Assembly (NCBI GenBank): GCA_965235115.1
Contig: OZ249439.1
Span: 8,866,001-8,930,000 of the forward strand
Source of the DNA: Laetmonice hystrix
Taxonomy: Eukaryota
Length of the DNA stretch: 64,000 nt
Direction of reading: 5' to 3'
The notes under the pieces are model-generated. The model was not told where the DNA came from, ran no database searches, and worked only from the letters and a program-made list of their open reading frames with translations. Both the position numbers and the translations under genes were made by a program. Below are positions 13,272 to 25,200 of the stretch, piece by piece. Positions within the stretch are counted from its first letter, which is position 1; each line of letters begins with the position of its first letter.

Positions 13272-16200
13272 TATCGACAGAAAGACAGAGACAGAGAGTC
13301 TAACTTGGCAGCAGCTGCCACTTACGTCCTTCTTTCATCCTGAGTTCAGCGTGCCATACGCCGTCCAGGTCGGGCTTCCGGCGCCGCTCGTTGGGGCAGA
13401 CCGGACTGAAGTAAAGGTTCACGCTCATCTCGCTCTTCATCTTCTGCTCACGTGGGAAGCGCTGCGAGAAAACACGTGAACATTCGAGGTCATGCCTTGA
13501 ATGAGAACCTGACTACATCAGAAGGGGGGGGGGGTGTTAGAGGAGTCTCTTAATATAAAACAAATAAGACGATGTTCACCAGTGGCAAAACCATACTACC
13601 TGCGGCATCGCTTAATTATTCACTTATCGCTAAGATTCTGGCAAATGATATAAATTTATCAGCTTCAGGAGACTCTTCCATAATAACAAAACATGCATCA
13701 CGGATCATGTTTTGAGATGTCTATAAACAATAAGTCATTTTTATTTCTCACTGGCGTCTCACGGCAGTATCTGCGGCTGCGGCCCATGGCCATGTATGCC
13801 TGGCCATGGGCAGTTTCTGGGAGATGCAACGTGCAACTAAATAATTCCAATACATTAACTGCATCTCTCCTGCACGATTAATTCAATGGCAGATATTTTC
13901 CTGAACGTATTAAAGATCACCAAATCATTATAGTCACATACACGTATGCGTTTCTTAACCGCTTTCCAACTGTTAAGTGTAAACTTATCAATGTATCTTA
14001 AACGTTTTCTTTACTAGGTAGGCTGACATATGACGATATCCCAAGGCGAAGATTCTTCATTGCTAACGTCATTACGGAATCTGGAGGTAAGGAATAGAAA
14101 TCTCTCACTAGTACTTAGCCCTAAACCTAACTCAGTCCCCAGACCTCCCTCCCCCAGAAAACTTACCCCTATCTCTTAACCCTGCCCTCTTACCCAAAAT
14201 TCATACGAATCTTACCACCGGGGAGGAGAGGAGAGATGTTGCTTACCAAAACAAAACGAGGCATTTCATTGTCCTCGGCTGTCACAATGTACAGGAAATC
14301 GTCCTCCATCCAACTTCCCCAGACCTGTAGGTGTACCTCTGTCAAATTGTATACAAGAAACAGGTCAACAACAATCAGGCTAATGTTACTGCTTTGACGA
14401 GGAGACCAGTTGTATATTGTATGGGCAATACAATCATAGTGTTGGTGTAGCTCAGAGTCTACTAGTCCGCGGCAACAATGAAGCTATATTTATACGTTTA
14501 TCAATAGAATATGTTTGTCAGCTCGCCAGAAAAAAAAATGATGACTTTTCTTTACACATATATGGAAAGGCCGAATATTGGCAGAATGAGTATTATAATG
14601 TAGTGCTGACATCATGTGAAACTGACCTTCACTGCGGTCATCGAAAAGCGTGCAGTTCCTGTGAGGAAAGGTGAACAGTATTCCCTCTCCTCGGACGCAT
14701 TCTGTCTCCATGTGGGATGGTCGCCATTCTTTAGGGCACAGTCTCTGCCAACGAAACATTTCTCACAAACATAGAATGATGAAGAATTTGACGATGACTC
14801 TGAGAATTTTATCATTCACAACGAAACATTTCCCACAAACATGACTGTATAGAATGGCGAATAATTTGACGATGACTGAGAATCGCCCAATTTTTGTATT
14901 TTTTGCATTTAACTTTAGCATGCCTTACAAAAGATTCAAAAGCCGTTCGAAAGTGCGATTCTTCCAATTGTACCCGTTTAAGCAAGACCTTGAGTTGTCC
15001 CAAACCGGCCCTTGGAAGTCCTTTCTGAATGAATGAGTTACCTTGACTGAAGGTTTGTTTACATTTTTGTTTGATTTGAAGGTGAAAAAATCAAAACCGC
15101 CGACGATTGGGGAGAACGCCCACTCCTCCAGAGCCGGGGCTGAAATAAAACACAACGGGAAAAGGCAATAAGACAACACACCAATGATTATGGTAAATAT
15201 ATATTTTTAGTCTCAAGTTTTACGAGAAGCAAAAAGATAATGAAGTGTCTGAGGAGACAAAATATAATATTAAATGAAGGGCCATTTTCATCGGTACCTC
15301 AACATGTCATGACACTTACCTAGCAGTGGCCAGTCTTCACGCTGCATCAAGTGCTCGCTGCAGAGATCATTCACGTTTTCCTCTTTTGATGGCGCTGTAA
15401 AAAATATAGGAACTAATGGATCATTTGCTACTGTACTAACAATTAATAGGAAGATCAAGCTTTGCATTCAGTCTTCGACTGGAGCAAGTCTTGAGCTGAT
15501 ATCGTCATGTATTCCATATTATGTCACTTAACAGGTTTGCCAGATTTAAACTGTTTTTCTAACTTTTTGATGCGGTGTCTTACTATCTTAAAAATAATAG
15601 GTGAAGTGATAAATAACAATTCGTGCCTCAAGCACTACTCGGGCAAGGAACCAACGATAACGTTCATTAGAACGCTTCGTTTCAAAATGGCGGACCCTAC
15701 CACGAATTATTATAGACGCCGTGTAATGTTTCCGGTTTTATTCACGTTACTGGAGCCTAAAACAAACGTCGATTATCTCTTATTTCAATGGCTCCATTAT
15801 AGACATGGGCTGTTAAGGTTAGATAAGGCCTTAGACGACATAAATCAATAAATGTATACCCACAGAAATGGAGAAATCTAATGAAATTCAACATTCCAGT
15901 TGCCTATTGTCGCAAGGTAGCGATTGTCTTATGGCTGGTTGTTGACCTTGCATTGACTTGAACAGCCAATGAAATTCATCGGGCGATGAACCGATGAATT
16001 TCATTGGCTGTTCAATGTATGTTATAAGTGTCTAGCCTTAAGAAATGTGTCAACTCGCCGGAGTTTGTCCTAAATACGACATAATTCCGATAGTTTCACG
16101 TCGTATAAGAGTACCTTTAAGATTGCGTTCAGACTGATAGACGTCTAATACCAAGACAAGATTGATGTATTCTAGGCCGCCACAATTTAAGATCAAACTG

Positions 16201-19200
16201 ACCCAGCGGTAATTGTTAGCACTGCGCAGACTTTCTGATGACAGTCGCCTTTCTATTCTGCTGGCTAAATTATACGTGGAATGAATGACAGCTTGGCGGA
16301 AGAAAATCTTCCCAGTTTTTATACACTTCATTAACGTCTCGCCGCCCCGAATAGACTAGAATTGAAACGGCTGTTAGCTGTATAGCTGACTTTCTCAATG
16401 GTGGTCTTGGAAGTGAATGTGGTAAACTCACCTTGCATGATTCACTGAATACAGACAATAATATTAATAGCAGTGATGGCGATGCAGCACTTTTGTATCG
16501 GTGAAATGTGATTCATTGTCTTATACATGTGTCTAGTGAATACAATTATATAAAAGGGTGACTACAGACGCCTTCTGTGACGGGACCTGGCTTTATCTAT
16601 AGTCACGTTATCCGTTTGTCAATGGAAACTAAGAACGGTTTACAATACATTCTGAGTTTGGTTGTGTCCAGGGGCGGAAATACAGGAGGGTAAGAAGCAG
16701 GTGAGAGGGGCGGCAATTGCTGTAATATTTCTTTAACACGGGTGGGGGGAGTTATAGCTTTTGGCCGGGCCCCCCTCGCGACACACTCACTCACAGGTGA
16801 CACGAATACAACCCCCTACCACCACCACTTGCATGAAGACACACGCACAGAGTCCTCTTGACGTAAGGATCCAAAACCATTTCATCTCCTGTGCCTCCTC
16901 TTGGGAAGGGAGGCCCAACAAACTAGCTACTTCTACCATCCTGGCTTGATATCCCATGTGGCCCCTTCTAACAACGTTAAGTCATGTTCCATGTCTCTGA
17001 TTATTTAATCTGGGATACATAGTAATGAGGCACGTTCTGATTGCACCATTCCCATGGGTCTGTGTGGCCGGATCTGATTGGTGGGGAGCATCTTGTATAT
17101 GACATCCCGTACGGGCGACGCTGGCATCACGTTGAGGAGTGGCCGATGAAAAGACCGACGGCCCACCAGGGACTGGCCGCAGTAATAGACTTAAGGCTAG
17201 AGTAAATCATGCAGTAAAATAGAATGGGCACGCTGAATAGGCCAGGGAGACGTGGTACCGCCCGGCTCCTTGGTTATCACTGTATCTTTCCCTCATCAAT
17301 CGATGTGGGCACTTGTGTGTGTCATGTCCATACCCGGCCATACAGGCCGTCACACGCCTATTGGATCTCTGATCCAGAGGACCCCTCTAGGCATCAATGC
17401 TTCCGCCACATCGGGTCGCATTTCTGTGCAAAACATCATCGAAGTTTGCCACGAAAACGGTGGTCTATGATTGAGAGTGAAATGTGTAACTCTATTACAA
17501 TTTCTATGGGCGCGTTACTGCATGGGACGCTGCAAAGCGATAGATAGCCTTAGAGAGTTCGGATTAAAAAATATATAAATATACATGCATCGTGCCGCAG
17601 ATTCATATATCATAGGAACTCGCATTTGACTTGCCATGAATATGCATTAAAGCCTCATATCCTCCATCAGTTGAATTTGATGTAAAAACGTCGAATGTGA
17701 ACAGGTCGCCCGCGGCAAATACACATTTTCTTATACTACTAACACGCAATATGCAGTCAGCGTTGGGGGCTGACGTACGCCTTGCATTCTGTCGCTATCG
17801 ATGTGCAGTTTAAACCATATACCCTACTGGGATTACTTTAAAACACGTCTGGGCCTTTCTCTTTCCTTTCTTCACATTCGCAACCCTCTTTTTATAGCTC
17901 CCTATAATTAATCCCATTAATGTAAAAAAAATATGTGATTGTAACAGGGTCCAAATTGACCCTTTTAAGGTTTTAAAAGGTGGAATGCATCCGAGAGGAG
18001 CCGAGCATCAACAGCTCGGCCACTTTTTAAAGGGAACATGACTAGAACTTCATTTCAGACGTGATATTTCAACAAAATACGGACAGAGAGTGTCATTTAT
18101 CCGGGAGCCCAACATTTCCAGTAGATTTGAGGACAGTATTACCGAGCGAGGGGGAACCTAATATGGGGTAGTGACTACAAACATGACGTGGTACCTATCT
18201 AAACGCGCAAGGATCGCTTTGACATGTTGGGAGATGTTAGAAACGGGAAGCTCTGATACAATGATACATGTGGTATTAAATACTCACCAGACCAGACTTG
18301 GATGATGTTTTGGTTTCGAGGAACAAATTTGAGGCACATGTAGTATGTTCTTCTGAAACACAGAACAAAAAGAAACACATTGAGAAACATGGTCTGCTTA
18401 CTCGTCACTAAAATACTCCATGTCTTTCCTGTCCTGTAATCTGCCAATTCTCTAATCATTCCTTGTTAGTTTAAAAACTATCTTTTGTAGTGAACAGATA
18501 TTTCACCCCATGTCATATCCATAATAACTCCTCTGAAGAATACAACTTTAGGAAACGGTGAAATATTAGTTATATTCGATTACGGAAACACAAACCTAGC
18601 ATTCTGTATCCAATTAAAGGTCAAGCAAGAGTCACATAAAAACAATGTTCATGTCCAACGATTAACCGAGCTCTTTTATTAATATTAGATATAAAACTTC
18701 CCGACAATATTGTCGGTCTGAAATTCGGGTTAGGGTCGCTTGAGGGTCGTCGGACAAATAACCAGGCCACGTATCGCTTTATTCAAAAATTGGCCTTAAG
18801 AGCCTTTTAACAGGGTGCGCTGGCATTGGGGTCCGCTGGTTACGGGTTTATAATAGGAACGTCATGTAGACAGTATGAAATATGGCTGTAAAATGATGGG
18901 ACACAGCAGGGGGTTATGTGTTCCCCTTTTTATATTACTACGAATATTGTACGCGGTGAACGGAACTACGCCACCATACGTGATTTAGTCCAGTTGGTGA
19001 ATTGCCGTTTTAGTTTAAGATAAATGCATACAAATTACTGATGCTGTTTTAATTAAGCCCCATTAAGATGCAATCCCACATTGTGTTTCTCTCTAGACTG
19101 AAATGTGAGGTATGTGATCGACTAGAAGTATTTATTAACATACCTCCAATCCGGCTATCTGTCTGTCTGTGTGTGAGTGAAGAATGCAGGGTGGCGGCAT

Positions 19201-22200
19201 TAACACCACGTTACTGACCGGGTATATGGTAAACTCTTTAACAAGGGACTGGTTGTCGCCGCCCAGTCGCGACCACTGACATCCTAGCGGTCAACCCTGT
19301 CAGTGGTCCGACCCGAGCCAACCCACTGCATCCAGCGTCTCCCGTCCCGTCACAACCACTCAACTAAATGTCGTCTGCTACCAGTCGGGAACGCACCGCA
19401 GAACGCTCTGCTATTTTCCTTTTGACCTGTTAGATTAATCTTGACTGCAAGTTGTCCAACTCTGTGAGCAGTCAGACAACGGTTTCAGTGAGTCACTCTC
19501 CCGGTACCATGAGCGCCATTTACCGAGAGGTTATTGCATCATAAATAAAACCAATATCATTTTACAATCTCATAAAGACCACATGACCTGCGTCGCGTAA
19601 ATAGACGCTCTGCCCGTGGCTCTGAGATTATGTTTCTAAATAGGGCTTGCACTGGAGTGGGCAGCGGGTGGATATAGGCATAGGGCAGCCTGACATACAA
19701 TGCCGGTGTCAAATCTAAAACTAACAGTCCGTAAACAAATTTAACCGATTTCATACCACACGGCAGACATCAAGCACCAGATCCACCGGCCTGACTGGAA
19801 GCTTTAAGATGAAAACACATTGGTGTGCCTCGACTGACGAGGGCTGTCACAATGGACTCATAAAGCCTGGCCAACTGCACACATCCCGAGACACGAATAA
19901 AAGCAGGAAAGACAATGTCTTTCACAAATAAAGTCAACAGCCTCGGTCGATGTAACGGCCTTGTGAAGTGTGACTTTTCTGGACTTGGAAGTGACTGAAG
20001 AGGAGAGGTGAGAAATATTGAATGAGTCACATTTGAAAGACGTGTTAAAAGCTGGCCGACCCAATCAACCAATTAGTACCGTTCTTCACATATTCTGCGG
20101 TAGGAGCGCTAACCGAATCCACACAGCCGAACACTGTCACATGTGATTGTAGATCATGGAAATCAGCAGCCCGCGAGCTTTGCCAGGATTATGGTTATAA
20201 TTACCCATTAACATCACTGTAAGCACACTCTCAATGCATCATCCATATTAGAGACATTTAACCCACAGAGTATACGTCCTGTTAAACGCTGAAAACATGT
20301 CAGTAAAAGTCCTGCTTTCGGCTACAAACTTATTAATTACCCGGAGGGGATTTAAATGGACGCCAATTAGGACAAGTTTAATGTAAGACATTAAAAAGGC
20401 TAGCACTGCGATTATTGATCTATTCCCCAATGTTCTAATTATTTAGGAATTAAAAAGAACAAAATACAAAACTTGTAATGACGGGATTAGAGGGTTTGCC
20501 ATGCCTCTCTCCACGAGTATAGTCTCTGCATGAAAACTATCTGATGCAGTCCGACCCCCTTGGTGAAGAAGTAGCTGAATTTTCTATCGTGCTGCTTCGT
20601 CTCGCTTCAAAGATATGAGCGGTGGTGGAAAGGACCGAAATGGTGTTTCAGTGTAATTTACCGGAAGCTGGCGTAGCCTGAGCCGGCGCTGTAGGTTGCC
20701 CGGGTAGTGGGTGTAGAATTCAACACCGAATTACCGCGTCAAAAGACTGCACTTACCGTCACGCTTCGTAAGGTCTGCATAGAGCGCATGCGTAAAGCTT
20801 AGTGCGCACGCAATGCCTACATCAACAAGTATGATCGCTCTGCGCCTGTTCGTCGAACGAGATTACGTCGCCGGCAACCATCACTGGTACCCATGACTGA
20901 CACAGGGGGCGCCACAGTCACACCCTCCCATACTCCGGGAATGACAAGTGACTTGCGATCCGAAGTCGAGACAACCACAGAACCGTTAGGACTCCGGCCA
21001 CGTATTTCCTCAATGATGCACTTACCCTTCCAGGCCCGTGACAAGGAAACAAACAAAAGTTACGGATGCAAAATTAATAAGTGCTCGCTTTGTCAGAAAA
21101 GATACCCAAGGGTAAGCTTCTGTTCGAAACGTTCTGTAAGAGGTCGGTCGTGGAACTTTGCAGTGCTTGAGCTTTCCTGGCCTGACAACCTCCGGAAATT
21201 CAAATATGTGACAGTCCTTCATGTGTCCCTCATAAAATTGAGGCAGACCGGACTCTGTCGTCCCGCATAGCCACGGGGATTGACCAATCCGTCCCTCAGA
21301 GCCAAGCGGCTTAAACAAACCGTCCCTAATAGAGGAAGATTGGACCTTTCTGTCGTTCAGAGTTGGGATACCGGGCGAATGAGTAACTGCTGCTGACCAT
21401 GTGAAGGGCCAGAACAGATCCTGTCATTTATTCAGTTCGTTCTGTCGTGGTAAGACCATGCAGAAAGAAACCCCGCGAACCAACACAACGCCCTACTCAT
21501 TTCGATATCGTTCCTCGCAGCTGGGAATCGGTACCTAAATCATCCGTGGACACCTGAACCTGAGTTTGTGTGTATTTGTCTTGGCGACTACATTTCTTAA
21601 CAGCAGAACGAACCCTCAGACTCCATTGTCGCTTGCCTCTATTAATGTACAGGGAAGTGATGTATCAAGGTTTGCCGGAGGCGGGAAGATACGCCTGAGT
21701 ATGCGCACGCACTTTGAATGTTACTGTAAGAAAGGTGCTGAAATGTTCCCATGCAAGGAGACTGAGTCACTAGTCGGTCACGGCTGTTTGTATCTACAGC
21801 GGCACCCCCTCCCCCCAAACACACCCAATATGGGCGATGACCCATACTCCCTGCTTCCTTATCTGCCGCGACAACATGTCAATACGAATGATCGCTGTAA
21901 TAGCACCTCGGCAGGAGATTAGGCCTCATGTTCTCCCAGCAGAGACCCGACCGAGTCAGCATTGACGCTGGCACCAAATCTGTAAGGAAATCCATGTCGC
22001 GTTCGCTCACATCGTTTCCGCTGACAACGAAGAGCCACGGGCAGCGGCGATGATTCCCATTATTACCACCAGGTGGCCAACTTTAGAAGCGCAGCGACTC
22101 GCTGATTACTTACATTTTTTGTATTGTTATTCTGCCAACAAAAGAAATCGGTGAAATATATAGGAAACCCTGCGGCCACGACGCACTGATGGAGGATCGT

Positions 22201-25200
22201 CATATTGCTCCTGTGTGGGTGAGAGGGGTGGGATGTGTTGTTGCGCGCCTCCACCCTACCTACTTTTGTTCTCGGACACAATGTAATCAGCACGAGAAGA
22301 ACGCTATTGTCCTTTGGTAGAAATTCTTCCATTGTTCAAGGACAGATACGTCAGACTTCATTTTTGAAGGGGGGGGGGATCTAACTAGCAAGTGGGCAGG
22401 ACTGCACTAGAAAGTTTTAAACCACTTAGAGTCCTCGAACTGTAATTCCTGTTCTCTGCGGTCTCAAAGAAGTTACTCTCTGAAAGTATCAATACGAACT
22501 TGTGGTTTGGAATTAATAAGTTCATGAATGCCACCTCAATGACCGGCTGCAGATGTTAAATAATTTGTTAGTCACAGTCCGGTCTAAATCAGCGTACGCC
22601 AAGTTAGGTAACAAGAATAGAGAATGCCTATATTTTCCTCGCAATTCCAACCTCCGCCCATCTTAAATCTATGCAGATTATTTTGTACATATGAAAGATA
22701 CAAATTTAAATTCATTAGTAGCAGGGATACCTATGCCCGGAAGTTGGCACTTACCCGTTATCACGGTGTTGCACCCTGTATTTTCCACCGTCTTCTCTCC
22801 GCATACAAATTCGCCGGTAGGCGTGCTGACGCTGGAAACAAGGCACAGTTCGCGTGCGCTCGTGACACTGGGCCTGTGCAGAAGAAACATCTGATGAGCA
22901 ATCATTCAATTACGACTGAACTCTGTATTGGAATAGTTCATATCCCATTAATAAATGCCCTTTATTAGGGTGTCCTATGTCCATCAAATCACCCCCAAAT
23001 GCAGCTAAATTTTAATCGAACTATTGGGTTCATGATTAGCCTATATGTCTGCATAATAACATCGTTTTCTGATTGTGGACCCATGATAAACTTGACAAAG
23101 TTCACAAGCCAATGCAGATATATACACATGTATGCTATTTTACGTAGATATATAGATGTCGCTCTCAGATATCATGCCCATCCAGACCAAAGCTGCATGT
23201 CAACTATCAAATTTGCCAAAGACCTGGGGTGTGTTTCAATAAGTACGTCGGACCGTCCGACCGAGCGACGGACCATCCGTCTCATTTTGTTTGTATGTGC
23301 CAAAAAGACCCTTCAGACGGTTCGACGTGCTTATTGAAACACCTCCCTGGGTATAGGTCAGCATATGCCCCTTTTTGCCCCCGAACTAAGGTTATTATTA
23401 TAGGCGCCCCTTTTTGTCGCAGACCTAGGCGCCCCCGTTGGAAATCGCCAATCTGCCACCGGCTGTGATTGAGACAGTTAGTGGTGTGTAGAGGTGGTTG
23501 ACTGACCGCCACCGGCTGTGATTGAGACAGTTAGTGGTGTGTAGAGGTGGTTGACTGACCGCCACCGGCTGTGATTGAGACAGTTAGTGGTGTGTAGAGG
23601 TGGTTGACTGACCGCCACCGGTTGTGATTGAGACAGTTAGTGGTGTGTAGAGTTGGTTGACTGACCGCCACCGGCTGTGATTGAGACAATTAGTGGTGTG
23701 TAGAGGTGGTTGACTGACCGCCACCGGCTGTGATTGAGACAGTTAGTGGTGTGTAGAGGTGGTTGACTGACCGCCACCGGCTGTGATTGAGACAGTTGGT
23801 GGTGTGTAGAGGTGGTTGACTGACCGCCACCGGCTGTGATTGAGACAGTTAGTGGTGTGTAGAGGTGGTTGACTGACCGCCACCGGCTGTGATTGAGACA
23901 GTTAGTGGTGTGTAGAGGTGGTTGACTGACCGCCACTGGCTGTGATTGAGACAGTTAGTGGTGGGTAGAGGTGGTTGACTGACCGCCACCGGCTGTGATT
24001 GAGACAGTTAGTGGTGTGTAGAGGTGGTTGACTGACCGCCACCGGCTGTGATTGAGACAGTTAGTGGTGTGTAGAGGTGGTTGACTGACCGCCACCGGCT
24101 GTGATTGAGACAGTTAGTGGTGTGTAGAGGTGGTTGACTGACCGCCACCGGCTGTGATTGAGACAGTTAGTGGTGTGTAGAGGTGGTTGACTGACCTTTA
24201 TTTTGAGTCTGGCGATGATCTCGTATTCCGAGACGGTGATCTCTAGCTGGGTTTCCCACTGGTCGGTATTTTTGTCGTACTTCGTCTCGGTCAGCCACAC
24301 CCGGTCGGCCCCATCCGACATGGGTCTCCGCAGGAACTCCGGGTAGACGCAATGTCCTCGCAGGACTGCCACATAAAAACAGAGTCAATGAGTTACTAGA
24401 TGTGCAGGGTTATCAGGTGTACTTTCAGATCACCACATAAACACAGAGTCAATGAGTTACTAGATGTACAGGGTTATCAGGTGTACTTTCAGATCACCAC
24501 ATAAACACAGAGTCAATGAGTTACTAGATGTACAGGGTTATCAGGTGTACTTTCAGATCACCACATAAACACAGAGTCAATGAGTTACTAGATGTACAGG
24601 GTTATCAGGTGTATCACTTTCAGATCACCACATAAACACAGAGTCAATGAGTTACTAGATGTACAGGGTTATCAGGTGTATCACTTTCAGATCACCACAT
24701 AAACACAGAGTCAATGAGTTACTAGATGTACAGGGTTATCAGGTGTAACACTTTCAGATCACCACATAAACACAGAATCAATGAGTTACTAGATGTGCAG
24801 GGTTATCAGGTGTATCACTTTCAGATCACCACATAAACACAGAGTCGATGAGTTACTAGATGTACAGGGTTATCAGGTGTATCACTTTCTGAGCACCACA
24901 TAAACACAGAGTCAATGAGTTACTAGATGTGCAGGGTTATCAGGTGTAACACCTTCAGATCACCACATAAACACAGAGTCAATGAGTTACCAGATGTGCA
25001 GGGTTATCAGGTGTATCACTTTCAGATCACCACATAAACACAGAGGCAATGAGTTACTAGATGTACAGGGTCATCAGGTGTATCACTTTCAGATCACCAC
25101 ATAAACACAGTCAATGAGTTACTAGATGTACAGGGTTATCAGGTGTATCACTTTCAGATCACCACATAAACACAGTGTCAATGAGTTACTAGATGTACAG

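Noticed and set aside
13462-13508. Upstream alternative acceptor extending exon 9
   Set aside because: It adds 47 nt, which breaks the phase from exon 8, and its pyrimidine tract is poorer than at 13462.
16576-17104. Solo LTR (TGTGAC...GACA)
   Set aside because: The termini look plausible, but the flanks (ccttc / tcccg) give no TSD and no PBS or PPT was seen.
20756-20773. Second 18-nt micro-exon candidate (ACCTTACGAAGCGTGACG)
   Set aside because: Weak acceptor, and it introduces TGA in the phase-2 frame.
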